From Rhodosorus marinus CCMP1338 (taxonomy: Eukaryota; Plantae; Rhodophyta): a stretch of 64,000 nt of DNA. The position numbers and the translations under genes were made by a program. The DNA lies in NCBI GenBank assembly GCA_029953675.1, contig JAMWBK010000009.1, positions 1,550,001 to 1,614,000 on the forward strand. The letters are read 5' to 3'. The notes below the pieces were generated by a model, which saw nothing but the letters and a program-made list of their open reading frames with translations, was not told where the DNA came from and made no database searches. Below, in pieces: positions 25,990 to 37,913 of this stretch (position 1 is its first letter; every line of letters starts with the position of its first letter).

Positions 25990-28493
25990 ATGGGATGGGG
26001 TCCTGTTTCTCGAAATGGGCTTGCCAACTTTGGGTTTGTCTATAGTACGCTGCAAATTCAAAGGACTAGAAAGCTACAGGCAAGAATTCAGAGAAGAAGA
26101 GAGAAAATAACTATATTGCAGCAGGCTGAAAGAGATGGGGCTCAGATTGGTGAGGATGAAGTTAGTGCGTATGGGATGCGTACGTTGAAAGCGTTGCGGA
26201 AAGGAGGTGTGACCGCTAGTGATGCTGTTAGAGATGTCAGGGAAAGAATTGATGAATTGGATCCAGTTTTCTTTAATACACTCACGAAGGTACTCATAAG
26301 AGAGCAGCGGTATCCTGAGGCTAAATCACTTCACGTTGTTCGAATGTCGAACCCAGATTTGTATGCTTTCCGTTCGTCCAAAGTACTTCTCGATCTATCG
26401 GCTCGAAAAATGGATGTACTTTTCGCGAAGAAGGTGGCAAGAGACATCATTGATCATGAACAATTCAAGACGTCAACTAGTAAGCAGTCGCTGAATGAAT
26501 TGAAGCCATCTCCTCACCGAAATGCTCTCTCTAACACCCCTTTGCCTGCCTCGACTGTTCGTTCGCCTCTCATAGTCTCGGCTAGAGATCATTTGGACGT
26601 CACCGCCGCTATGGCCCTTACATATCAGGTGTGCCAATAGTCCCAAATTTTCTATCTCTCTTCTTTGCAAAAGGCTAACCGCCTATGGTTTGACTTTTCC
26701 ATTTGCCAAATAACTTGGTAGAGGAGACCAACTTTATCGTTTCTTAAAAGTCTTGAGAAAAGGATGCTTAGGGAGCGCAAACCTGTAGATAAAGCGTTCT
26801 CCAAAATGAGGGTAAGACCACTGAGCTAGAACTGGAGAAGCTGGCTCTTGTGAACACTGTTCTGAGCGCGAGGTTTGACAACCTGTTGATTTGAATTTTT
26901 GTGTTTGCATTGTTCCGTCCTGTTTTAGGAGGAATCCAAGGGCTTGGAGACGATTGGCGTTGAGTTTGAGCACTCCGATGACTTTTCCGAGGAGGACGAG
27001 GAAGTGACAACGTACATGAACCCTTTTGGGAGAACTGACCTTGTTCAGGAAGACGAGGAGTTTGTCGACGCCAAGGTCAAGTATTCAGTGGAGAGCTATG
27101 ATGATACAGTGGAAGAGAAGAAGGAGACAAATGCTTTGGTTGCGTTGGAACAGGGCCCTTTGAGATTCGGAGAAATGATATCTTCAGCAATGTTGGTACG
27201 TACGATCGACCACTTCCAACATCAAAACGTTTGGGTGAACTTAGACTTCCATGCATTGCACGTGATAGAACGAGGACGAAGTACGCTCGGTGAAGTTGCA
27301 GAGAAGAGAGGAAGTAGTCGAGATGTGTAAGGAAGCGCGGGAGTATATGAAATGGTCCGACTCGAAGAAGCGCACATCTCGAACAGAAGAAAAGCAAGGT
27401 GTAGATTTCTTGCGGCCCTACAACAATCTTATGGCAGCCCTAAGCAAGACGGGGATGACCGAGGCAGTCTTTAAGACTCTGGATTTAATGAAGCTCGCGG
27501 ACATTCCCCCCAACACGTTCACCTACGAGGCCGTCGGGAACGCCGTTATAAAGTCCGTCAGATTTTTGAAGGTAACCGTTTTCTCTTTCTTCCCGCTGCA
27601 ATGAATGAGAACTGCACTGTTCGATGCTCACAAGGCATTCTGATTGATCAACTCGTGTTTTAGTCTGCGGTCGACATGCAAACTCTTCCCCCCCGGTTAA
27701 TAGAAGCGGCATTTGTCGGACGGTCCAATGTTGGCAAGTCTTCGCTTATCAACATGCTTTGTGGAAAGAAACGACTGGCGCTGACCTCGAACACACCCGG
27801 AAAAACAAAAATGTTCAACTATTTTATCGCAAACGACCAAAAGGAGGCTCACGGTGCGCCGTCAGTGTTGCTACCCAGTGGCACACGCTCTTTGATGTGG
27901 CGACATATCTGCTCACAACCAGGTGCTGCATTTCGCTCTTGGTTGATATCTAGGGAGAAGGTTCTACTTGGTGGACTTGCCGGGAGTCGGCTTTGCCAGA
28001 GTTGATTCTAAAACGAAAGACCACTGGACTCAATTTACTACTGACTACTTCTGGGAGAGGCAAAGCCTGAAAATAGTTTTCCACCTAATCGATTCGAAGA
28101 TAGGCATACAAAAGCACGACCTGGAACTAATGGACCTCGTGAAGGAGACCGATATTGAGGAAAAGTAAGTGTATCTTCGATCACAGTGCGTAGGCCAAGA
28201 AATTGCTCCAAATCTGAATCAATACCGTCACCCCATTTGCGTTGCCACTCAGGTACTGCGTCGTGCTCACCAAGGTGGACAAACTGGGGAATAAACGTGT
28301 ACATAGCCAGATTATTGATGGAGTTCTTGATGCCTTGGAAGAAAAAGCACTGCCGCTCACTACGAATATCATACCGACTAGCTCAGAGTACAAGATCGGT
28401 CGCGACCATATCTGGAAACATATGTATAGACTTATGTTGTCCAAAAGGTCAACTTGGATGGAGGGTGCCGCGGACGAGCTGGATGTAGCGTAA
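25990..28493 (+). CDS. Pentatricopeptide-repeat / EngB(YihA)-type GTPase fusion, about 614 aa, 8 exons, probably organelle-targeted
   Basis: Exons 25990-26479, 26576-26628, 26722-26811, 26929-27195, 27269-27571, 27664-27853, 27954-28164 and 28253-28493 sum to 1845 nt in frame. PPR motif [35 protein letters not shown]. GTPase motifs [18 protein letters not shown] and TKVD. Confidence 0.85.
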
Positions 28494-28599
28494 AGAATCG
28501 CTATTTCCGTCGCATTTGAGCCGCGCGCTTCATGCTGTGCGGCGGCGACTGCGCTCCTCAGGAGGAGGATTTCAGACCATGCGCTATACATCTGTCGGT

Positions 28600-29140
28600 A
28601 CTGCATTCTGGCTTCTGTTAATAAGAAAAAATTGCACGGACATGCTTTCCTGATAGTTTTCAGCACGGCTAGAACCCCCTCATGCCGTGCTTGCACACTA
28701 TCTCACCACAACCTCCCAAGCCGAGAATTCTCTTCCAGCTTGTGGAGCCTTTACATCTCTTTCGCATGAAGTGGACGCATAGAACCGTTGTACCAAAACT
28801 TTGCCACCAAAATAAGAAAGGACTGAAGGGCTGGGCGTTCGACCCAAAGGTCCAGCGAAATTAGCTGGTACTCTCAAGCGGCTCAACAGCTTGAATGGCG
28901 TACCTGGATTCCGTTCACAAGTGCTCCGCTCACGTTTGACATACGCTTGCCATCCCGATGAGAAGATCCAAGTCGTTTAAAGCGCTGTTTACTGACATTC
29001 GGATCATATTTAGGAAACCAGTAGTGTACAAGAGCCATGACAGTAAGCTGAAAACTTCGGCACGGCATCGATTGAGTAAGCTCGTGTTGACCTGGTAGAA
29101 CGTGCAGGCAAGTCCGGTGGGATCGAGGTTTCCGCAGTCA
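28600..29140 (-). CDS. Possible small spliced hypothetical gene
   Basis: GT/AG-flanked minus-strand exon LTVMALVHYWFPKYDPNV...VNGIQ followed by PFSPFLFWWQSF...; start and stop not established. Confidence 0.3.
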
Positions 29141-29314
29141 TGATCGCCGTCCTCTCATTGCTTGTGGCAAAGATGTTCGAGTGTCGCTGAACAGGTAAGA
29201 AGGGAGGTGGGAGCTTTGCTGAAGTAGCATCTTCAGGTCTATGTGGGACCTGAGGATAGTCGCTGGTGTGTTGTTAGTCTCAGGTAGTTGTTGGTTGTGG
29301 ATAGATTTATAGGA

Positions 29315-30485
29315 ATGGCTATGACACCAGGAACGAGAATGTTGGGCTTGTCCGCTGCTCGGTACGCGGTTGGTATTTCGAGCAGAGGGCTAAGCAGTGG
29401 GACGACAGGAGGGAAAGGAGGATGGCTTGCAAGATCCTCCCCTTATGCTCGACTGATGCGGCTGGATAAGCCGATCGGTTCTACGCTTCTTTTCCTGCCT
29501 GCTGCTTGGGCTATAGTTATGGCCTCACCGTCACTAACAGAAGCGGTTCCTACGCTAGCACTGTTTGCGAGCGGCTCGGTGCTCCTCCGAGGCGCTGGAT
29601 GTACGATCAACGACTATTGGGACAGAGATATTGATAAACAGGTCAAAAGAACAGCCACAAGGCCAATCGCAGCCGGAGAAGTTAGCCCTCGTAATGCTCT
29701 CTTATTTTTCTCAGCTCAGTGCCTCGCTGGGCTTCCAATTCTCCTCTCTATGAACGCCACGACCATCTACCTCGGCGTCTTCTCGCTAGTCCCTGTGGTA
29801 AGCTAGATATGGAATATACTAAGTCAATATCTGTTCATAAGCAGTTATAATCTAGAATAATTTCTCATTTTATTTCTGGAATATAATTTTTTGGTCTTAA
29901 ATTATGAAGGTACTGTACCCTTTAGCAAAGAGGGTAATGCCATGGCCTCAGATCGCACTTGGCGTGTGCTTCAACTTCGGAGCGCTGATGGGCTGGACGG
30001 CAGTAACGAATCAGCTTGAGTTACCTGCTGTTCTTCTTTATCTCGGATGTTTCTGTTGGACGCAAGTTTATGATACGATCTACGCCCATGCGGATAAGGC
30101 TGATGACATATCTGTCAACATTGGATCGAGCGCTCTTGTCTTAAAGGATGGAACGAAAAAGGCCCTGACGGGCTTCTCCTTGATGAGCTACGGTCTAGTG
30201 GGCATGGCAGGCATATCTACAGGCCTTCCACCGCTGTTTTTCGTGTTTTTGGCCCCATCACAGATTGACTTGCTCAACCGAATTCAGCGGACTGATCTGG
30301 ATAATCCGGAGTCTTGCATCGCTAGTTTCCAGGCTAGTCGAAACACTGGATTTCTTGTACTCCTTGCGATCATAATTGCAAAGCAGATACTGCAGAGAGA
30401 AGCTAAAGCTGAAGCTGAAGAAAAGGAGGCCGAAGAGGCCGAGGAGACTATGGAGCAAGACTCAAACCGCATCGGATCGTGGTAA
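29315..30485 (+). CDS. COQ2: 4-hydroxybenzoate polyprenyltransferase (UbiA family), mitochondrial, 2 exons
   Basis: YARLMRLDKPIG, RGAGCTINDYWDRDIDKQVKRTATRP, YPLAKR, YDTIYAHADKADD; R/S-rich presequence; intron about 29797-29909. Confidence 0.95.
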
Positions 30486-30810
30486 GATAAACATGCCGCA
30501 TTTAATATCCGAATGGCTTGGTCCACACCCCAGCTTGAGAGGCACGGGGCCCTTTCATGCAGTCGACTCGAAGTGGATTGTCTGGGCTGCGCGAAACAAA
30601 TGTGCTCATCAATAGGATGTAGGCCAATAGATTCGTATTTATTTATAACTGGTTGATCCTTCAGGTCCTAGGACAGGTTTCGCGAAATAAAAACTACAAA
30701 AACGCCAAGCAGTCAGATGATCATTGAAGACGGCCGCTTTTACAAGACGTTGATAACTAGAGAATTGTGCTTCGCCCTTTGCTGAACTCCTTGTCTTCAA
30801 AGGGAGTATT

Positions 30811-33623
30811 TTAGTACACCCTCTTTCCCGGTGGAACTGTCTCCATTTCTTTCGGGTCTAGGGTCTGGCTATTCACTGGTCTGTATGCAATCTTCACTGT
30901 TTTGTCGTTGTCGAGGCGCTTATTATACCGAGAAACCCAGGAGATTGTGTGCTTCATCCAGTTATTGTCATCTCTCTCGGGGAAGTCATCCCTTGAATGC
31001 GCACCACGCGACTCAGTCCGATTGTGTGCAGAATGCATCGTCTGCACAGCATTTATTAAAAGGTTTTCAACCGTCAACGCATCCAGCAGGTCCAGGTTCC
31101 AAACGAGCGTTCGATCGATCACCCTCAAATCCTGATGCGCGCAAGAGAAAATTTGGCAGCATAAGAGAAGCTTAGCCCAGAGCTATGAGAAGAAACTGAG
31201 CGCATTGTGCACTTGGGTCAATCAGAGCGAGGTCCATCTCACCTCAAGCATGTCGTAGACCTCATCTATCTTCTTGACACCCTCTTTCAGAAGCGAGTCT
31301 TCTCGGAATACTCCGCAGTGCTGCTGCATGCACTTCTGCATCCGGACTCTGATGTCCGCAACCTTGGTCGATCCCTTCTTCCAGCGCATTGTATCAAAAT
31401 TCTCCAGCGCAAACTGGCCAGCATCAGGTTTCAGCGGCTTCTGCTTTTGCCCAGGCTTGTACTTCTCGCTGGCGAAAATCGGCGCCGCTCGGCCAAATAC
31501 GACGATATCCAAAAGCGAGTTCGCTCCGAGTCGGTTAGCTCCTGCATTTTCGGGAAAACAACAAAGCAGAATATTTCAGGAACAGGTCAACTACCGCATT
31601 AGTGTCCTAGCCAACAACTGTTTCGGGGACTTCGGAGGGTTCGCAATGTCTTGATCTATCCAGTGCAGCGGAAAACCAAGGAGCAAACTAACCATGTACA
31701 GAAGCGCAAGCAGCTTCGCCAGCGGCCATCAACCCTGGAACAACCGTGCTGTGTCCGTTCTCGTCAAGCGTCAAAACTTCTCCCTTGTAGTTCGTAGGGA
31801 TCCCACCCATATTGTAGTGGACCGTTGGCAGAACCGGAACGGCCTGCTTGGTCATGTCCACGCGGGCGAAGACCTTCGCAGTTTCCATGATCGATGGGAG
31901 CCTCTCCTTCAACAGACTCGGAGGGAGGTGGTCCAGGTGGAGGTGGATGTGATCCTTATCGGGTCCGCAACCTCGACCTTGCAGTATCTCCATTTGCATC
32001 GCCCTTGACACTACGTCCCTGCTGGCCAGGTCCTGACCAGTGCATTGAAAAGGAAAGAGAAGGTCAGCGAACAGGCACATATTTCATTTCCATGCTTTTG
32101 CCGACAATAACGGGGTTGGGTTTGCATCGGGATATCTTACCTTTGCTGATGGTGCGTAACGTTCCATGAACCTTTCCCCGTTTCGGTTTTTCAGAAAGCC
32201 TCCTTCACCCCTCGCACCCTCTGTAATCAAGCAACCGGCGCCGTAGATACCGGTCGGATGGAACTGGACAAACTCAAGGTCTTCCAATGGCAAGCCTGCT
32301 CTCGAAACCATAGCATTCCCATCGCCTGTGCAGCTGTGGGCAGAAGTCGCTGAGAAGTATGCCCGTCCATATCCACCAGTTGCAATAACAGTCACGTTCG
32401 CGCGGAACCTGTGGAACGTCCCGTCCTCAAGACAAAGCGCAACGCATCCACGACATTCCCCATCCTCCATGATCAAGTCGACCACGAAGTACTCTATAAA
32501 GAAAGTCGCCTGGGCATTGACCGCTGTTTTATAGAGAGTATGCAATATGGCATGTCCGGTCCGATCGGCTGCGGCAGCACATCTATGTGCCTGACCTCCT
32601 TTCCCTAATTTCCACCGAAGAAAAGACAATTGGATTTCCTGGTTTAAGTCATCACAGGTTCAATCCGTTTTCCGCAAACCCAGATCTTCGCGTTGCTGGC
32701 TGATCTTACCAAACTCTAGGGATTGTCCTCCAAACGCTCTTTGGTAGATCTTCCCGTCTTCAGTTCGAGAGAAAGGTACACCATAAGCTTCCAGTTCTTT
32801 CACGGCGTTAGGAGCTTCTTTGCACATGTAGTGAATAGCGTCCTGGTCTCCAAGCCAATCGCTCCCTTTCACTGTATCATACATATGCCATCTCCAGTCG
32901 TCTTTCTCCATGTTACCCAATGCGGCATTGATGCCTCCCTACAACAAGGAGAAAACGAGTGGAAGAGTGAGGAGCGCTCCAGTCCAGACTTCTCAGTTGT
33001 CCAAGGAAAGACTCAAGAGTTCATGGGGACAGAGGAACGAGCGGAGATCATACCTGAGCCGCAACGGTATGCGATCTCGTAGGGAATAACTTTGATATAC
33101 ACGCGACTTCGTACCCAGCTTCAGCGAATCCGATCGATGCTCGAAGACCTGCACCACCACCTCCAATAACGAGGGCTAGAGGAAGGACCGAAAATCCAAT
33201 TCGGAAGTTGGTTGTGTAAAAGTAAGTTCTTGCAGGGGGAGGGTGCTACATTTCTGAATTGAGATTTTGGTTCGTTACCATCGAAAGTGTGATCGAGCAT
33301 CGGGTAGGCCCTCACCTTGGGCTTCGGTAGATCCAGAAGATCATCTGAAGTTGGGAAGGAAACAGCGTACAAAATCTCTTCATTTTAGGTCACTGGCAGC
33401 ATTCAGGCAAGTTACAATTCGCAAAGGAGTAAACTAAGCAGCCTCTCTAACTCCAATTATTCAAATAGTAACCCCCAAAACACAGCCAAAACAACTGAAA
33501 ATGAACAGATCACTTACGGATGTCCTGCAGAGTCTTGGGCTGCTCAAACTCTTTGGACAGTCCAACCGCCGACGAACGCAGTCCACGGCTTCCAAAAATA
33601 CTTGAGAATCCTCTCCTATACAT
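30811..33623 (-). CDS. SDH1: Succinate dehydrogenase flavoprotein subunit, multi-exon
   Basis: Presequence [13 protein letters not shown]; GGGGAGLRA; RSHTVAAQ|GGINAAL (FAD-His); [34 protein letters not shown]; C-terminal RVY. Confidence 0.98.
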
Positions 33624-34001
33624 CACTGTCCTCAACATTTCTGCAAAATCACATGAACTTCAAAACAAAAAAGCCCCCCTCACCTCACCCACCCCACCCC
33701 AAAAGCTTCAGATAATTCACAAAACCTAACTAAAACAGGACTCTATTAATGAGATACCTTAGTTCCTTAAAATCATGTCCAAATCTTTCATCCTTACTCA
33801 ATGATTCATCCCCAACCTCCCCCACCCCACTCTCCATCGAACTCTACTCCTTGCAACCCTTCCCCGTTTCTCCAAATTATTTTTGGATACCGACCGATGT
33901 CCACTACCCATTAATTTTTCTTGAAAATATTAATTTCGATATGTCAATTGATGAAAATGGCGTCAAAAAAAGAGGATTTGAAAAAAGAATATTTTTGATC
34001 G

Positions 34002-34037
34002 TAGACAGTCTGTCTAAGCCGTAGGACAGACTGTCCT
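34002..34037. promoter_or_regulatory. Twin 15-bp palindromes sharing a GACAG-N-CTGTC core in the SDH1/RWDD1 divergent intergenic region
   Basis: tagacagtctgtcta (34002-34016) and aggacagactgtcct (34023-34037). The palindromes are seen directly; a regulatory role is inferred. Confidence 0.5.
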
Positions 34038-34540
34038 CTAAGTTGATCGACTGGAGCAGGATAAGTTTGTGTCTATGTGGTCTGATTTCTTCTTGTATGA
34101 AGAGACGAGAAGCTGAGCTTTGGATGAGAGTGAACGAAAATTCGTTTTCGGACCTCCTCCCTCCCCCTGCCGGCTGGCAATTAGGCAGTTGCTGAAACGT
34201 ATGGTGGCCTTTGCCCTTTTGGCCTCTTGTTGTCGATTATCCTCGGAACATTTTGCTTAGTGTGATGATTCGTCTCGTCATCGCTTTGCTTGCCGCAAGA
34301 AAGCAGATTTATCAGCGAAGAGCATCACCTTCCCAACAAACCCTGAAAGGATCTCGTTGAGGTAGGTCAGGTAGTGCCTTCCAGCATACGACGTGGAATG
34401 TGTTCGAAGAGGAAGAAGACGTTGCCGCTCTTGTTGATGTTGAAAAGGCATGCTTTCTTGGCTTTGTTGTGATGGTTCCTCAAAGGGATTAGATAATCCA
34501 GATTGTGCCGCCTTCGGTGATTTTTTGTTTCTCTTTATCG

Positions 34541-35295
34541 ATGGACTTCAAAGAGGAGCAGTCGCAGGAAGTGGAAGCTCTTGAGGCAATTTTTCCAACC
34601 GAGTTCAGCGTGTTTTCTGCTGATGAGAGTTCTGGAGGCCGTGAGAGATACCAGCTGTTAATAGAAGATGAAGAATCCGGATCTAGTTTTGTACTGGAGT
34701 TTTCCTATCCTGTGGGTTACCCGGAGGAGCCTCCGAACTTAAACTTACAAGCTGTGAATGGTTTGACTTCATCCAAGCGAGTTGCTCTTCTTGAGCACCT
34801 GAAGGAGGAAGCGCAGAATCAAGTGGGATCCGCTATGATACTCTCCCTCCATTCTATTGCAAAAGAGTGGACAGCCGACAACGCCGGAGCTGCAGGAGCA
34901 GATGAGGAAACTCCGTTCCGCAAACAAGCAGAGGAGACAGTATTTGAAACCCGGGACGAGGAAGAGGAGGCCAAAGCGGCGATGAAAGAGAAGATGATGG
35001 TAAGCAGTACTAGCGTTTACTAAGGAGATGATTCAGCCTTTTGACACACCTCTTATGTTCGTGGAAATAGTTTCACGGAACACCAGTCACCGTTGAATCG
35101 TTTCAAGTGTGGTCTGAAAAGTTTGAAGACGAGAACAGGAAAGCGAATGAAAAGCTGGTTGTGGAGCAGCGCAACGATCCCAAACGACTAACTGGGAGAC
35201 AACTGTTTGAGCGGAACGTCGCGGTCGTCACAGAAGACAGCGAATCGTTTTGGGAGATGGAGGCTGACCAATTTGACGAGGAGGAGTTTGAATAG
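34541..35295 (+). CDS. RWDD1: RWD domain-containing protein 1 / GIR2-like, 2 exons
   Basis: EQSQEVEALEAIF, YPVGYPEEPP, GSAMILSL...KEW; spliced FHGTPVTVESFQVW...KRLTGRQLFE and acidic tail. Confidence 0.9.
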
Positions 35296-36307
35296 GGATA
35301 ACTTGCTTTCTGAAATGTCTCTAGGGTAGATAGTGCTGTTCGCGCACAGATCAAGGAAAGGGCAGGTCGCATGCAGAGAATCCCAAGCGGCACCCCGGTG
35401 GTCCAATCCCAGCAGCTGGTATTGTAGGAGGGCCAAAACTTTTCCGATTGACAGTGGAGACCGCCCGTACTCATCTTGTGTGAACTGTAAATATGATCGC
35501 ATCTCCAGTTTTGACGATCTCCGAGTGGCTAGCGTGAAGAAAGGGGGAACGGCCCGTCCGGTGCTCAACCTTGGAAGATACCAAAGGCTTTTTTGTCTAC
35601 ACCAACCTCCGAGCTTGAAGGCAACCAAAAAGGAAAGAATGAAGTTGAGTTCATAGTATAATACTGAGGTGTTCTTGAGTTCAGTCCAGTTCTACTTATC
35701 GGCTGTTTCCGGGAGTATCCACCGGAGCGTGTTGGCTAACTAGCTTGATTCTTCTCCAGGGATTTGGGACAGGAAATCCTCGGGATTCAGTAAAACCTAG
35801 AATTTTTCATTCATCAGATAACCTTCCGAAAAAGTCAATAAGAGCACCACCGCGGCCTTGCCCGCGACTCCTTCCCATCCAAACGTCTTTGAAAAGTATA
35901 TGCTTATTTTCATTAAAAATCCGCACCCCCAAAAATTTCTTTACGACCATACTTCTCCTCATAATAAATACGTCTATTACAAAGGAATAACAGGAAAACC
36001 TAAGAACACCCCCAAAATATTCATAAAAACAAAAAAGCCAGAATTTTCTATATTAAATAAAATCAACATACAAAACAAAAATTATTATTTATACATGAAA
36101 ATCCATATACCGATTCTCTATAAAGAAAAAATAAATAGATGATCATTGTATTTTTATTAATAATATATAATATATTATCAGGTTTATTATGAATAATTTA
36201 GCCGGTAAGATCGCCGTTTTATACTTTTCCCTAGTAATCCTCTAATCTCGGAGTTTTCGGAGGTCGGAGCTAAACATTGTTCGGGCGGTGGTCGGTGAGG
36301 GGCCATT

Positions 36308-36336
36308 GGGATTGGGATTGGGATTGGGAATTGGGG
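36308..36336 (+). repeat. (GGGATT)n tract, G-quadruplex-capable
   Basis: GGGATTGGGATTGGGATTGGGAATTGGGG: five G3+ runs. Confidence 0.75.
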
Positions 36337-36558
36337 TTTGAGGACTTGGTAGGGTACTCAAACCCAGTGAGTAGACATTCTTTGAACTGGTCGGGGAGGA
36401 AGGTTTAAGATACAATATCATGTAGAGGGTTTGGGACTGAGAGACGGTCGTTTGTGGTAGTTCTTATGGTAGATTTTAGGTAGTGGTTTCCGTGACTTCT
36501 TGTTAGTCTTCTGGGTTACAGGAGGGGGGGGGGGAGGGAAGGCTCGGGTTTTTAAGCA

Positions 36559-37913
36559 ATGGCGAATGTGGCAGAAGGTGGACAAAAGCTGGTGAATCCA
36601 GTGGAATTTTTGGTCGAGGCGGTAAAAACGTTTCAGCGGGTGATGGTGAACTCTCAGGACCATGTCATTGCCGCAGCTGTAGCTCGTGCGGCTTCGATTG
36701 CTGCCATGTTTCCCGTTGATACGCTCAAGACTAGACTGCAGGTGCGTCTGTGATCGCGAGCTTCCATGTTAGCTCTATCCTGGCGCATTACGTCTCTCTG
36801 TTCTTTCTAGTTCTCATTCTTTTGTTATTGATTCACTGTGTATTAGGCTTCGACAGGACAGATGAAGAATCCGCTTACGGTGATTTTCTCTGAGGGAAAC
36901 CCTTACAGGGGACTGCTTCCGTCGCTAGCGGGACAGACCCCGTATGGTATGCTCGTGTTCGGCTCGTACCAAGTATATAAGGAAATGTTTCAGGACTTCT
37001 TCCCTCAGTTGGGAGATCGTACGAGAATTGTTCTCGCAGCTGTTTTCGGAGACATCACGGGATCGTTATGGCTATGCCCGAGCGAGGTAGGACTCAATCG
37101 AAAGGAACGTGTTCGTTCGTTCGTTTCGCATTGACAAGGTTCTTTTCAGAACCAGAATCTAAGCACGTTTCTGGCTTCATTCATCTTGCAGGTAATCAAG
37201 CAGCAGCAGCAGAGCGGACTGTATTCTTCCTTCATGTCCGCGATTCGCGGCACAGTCAACCAGTCAGGGGTGGCCGGACTCTACAAGGGCTATACTGGTT
37301 TAGTTGTTCGTGACGTTCCTTTCCGAGTGATACAGCTCGTTATGTACGAAGAGTGCAAGAAGTTTTGGAAGGAGAGGAAGAAGCGGGAGACGAACGACAT
37401 TGAAAACCTTGTCCTGGGTGCAGTTGCGGTAGGTTCCGGGACGAAGAACCTTGCACGTCACTGAATTAGAGAAAGTTCTCAGAAGAACGTCTGGATTCAT
37501 ATCGATGCTAACACGCAGGGTATGGTTGGAGGGGCTGCCACGACCCCGCTGGATGTGGTGAAGACCCGATTAATGACTCAGAGCTCAACTAGGACTTACA
37601 AAGGGGCGCTGGACTGTGTGAGACAGACCGTACAAGCTGAGGGTATTCCCGGACTTTTCCGAGGAGTTGGGCCGAGGGTATGCTCCTATGTGAAGACTCA
37701 GACTAGAGGCCCTTATGGAATGTGTCTGACAAGTTCCTTCACCGATTTTCATAGGTTGTGTTGATCGCGCCCAGTTGTGCCATTTTCTTCGTTGCTTATG
37801 AAGCCACGATCAGAGCTCTCAAGCGTCGAAGTGCAGCACAGAAGAATGCTTCGTTCTCCCCAGTTAATTCTGCGAGACGAAGCCGTGGCTACCAGGCTCC
37901 AGCGCCTTGTTGA
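36559..37913 (+). CDS. Mitochondrial carrier family protein, S-adenosylmethionine carrier-like, 5 exons
   Basis: Three carrier signatures PVDTLKTRLQ, PSEVIKQQQQ and PLDVVKTRLM; RDVPF..IQ..YE typical of the SAMC/SLC25A26 group. Confidence 0.88.
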
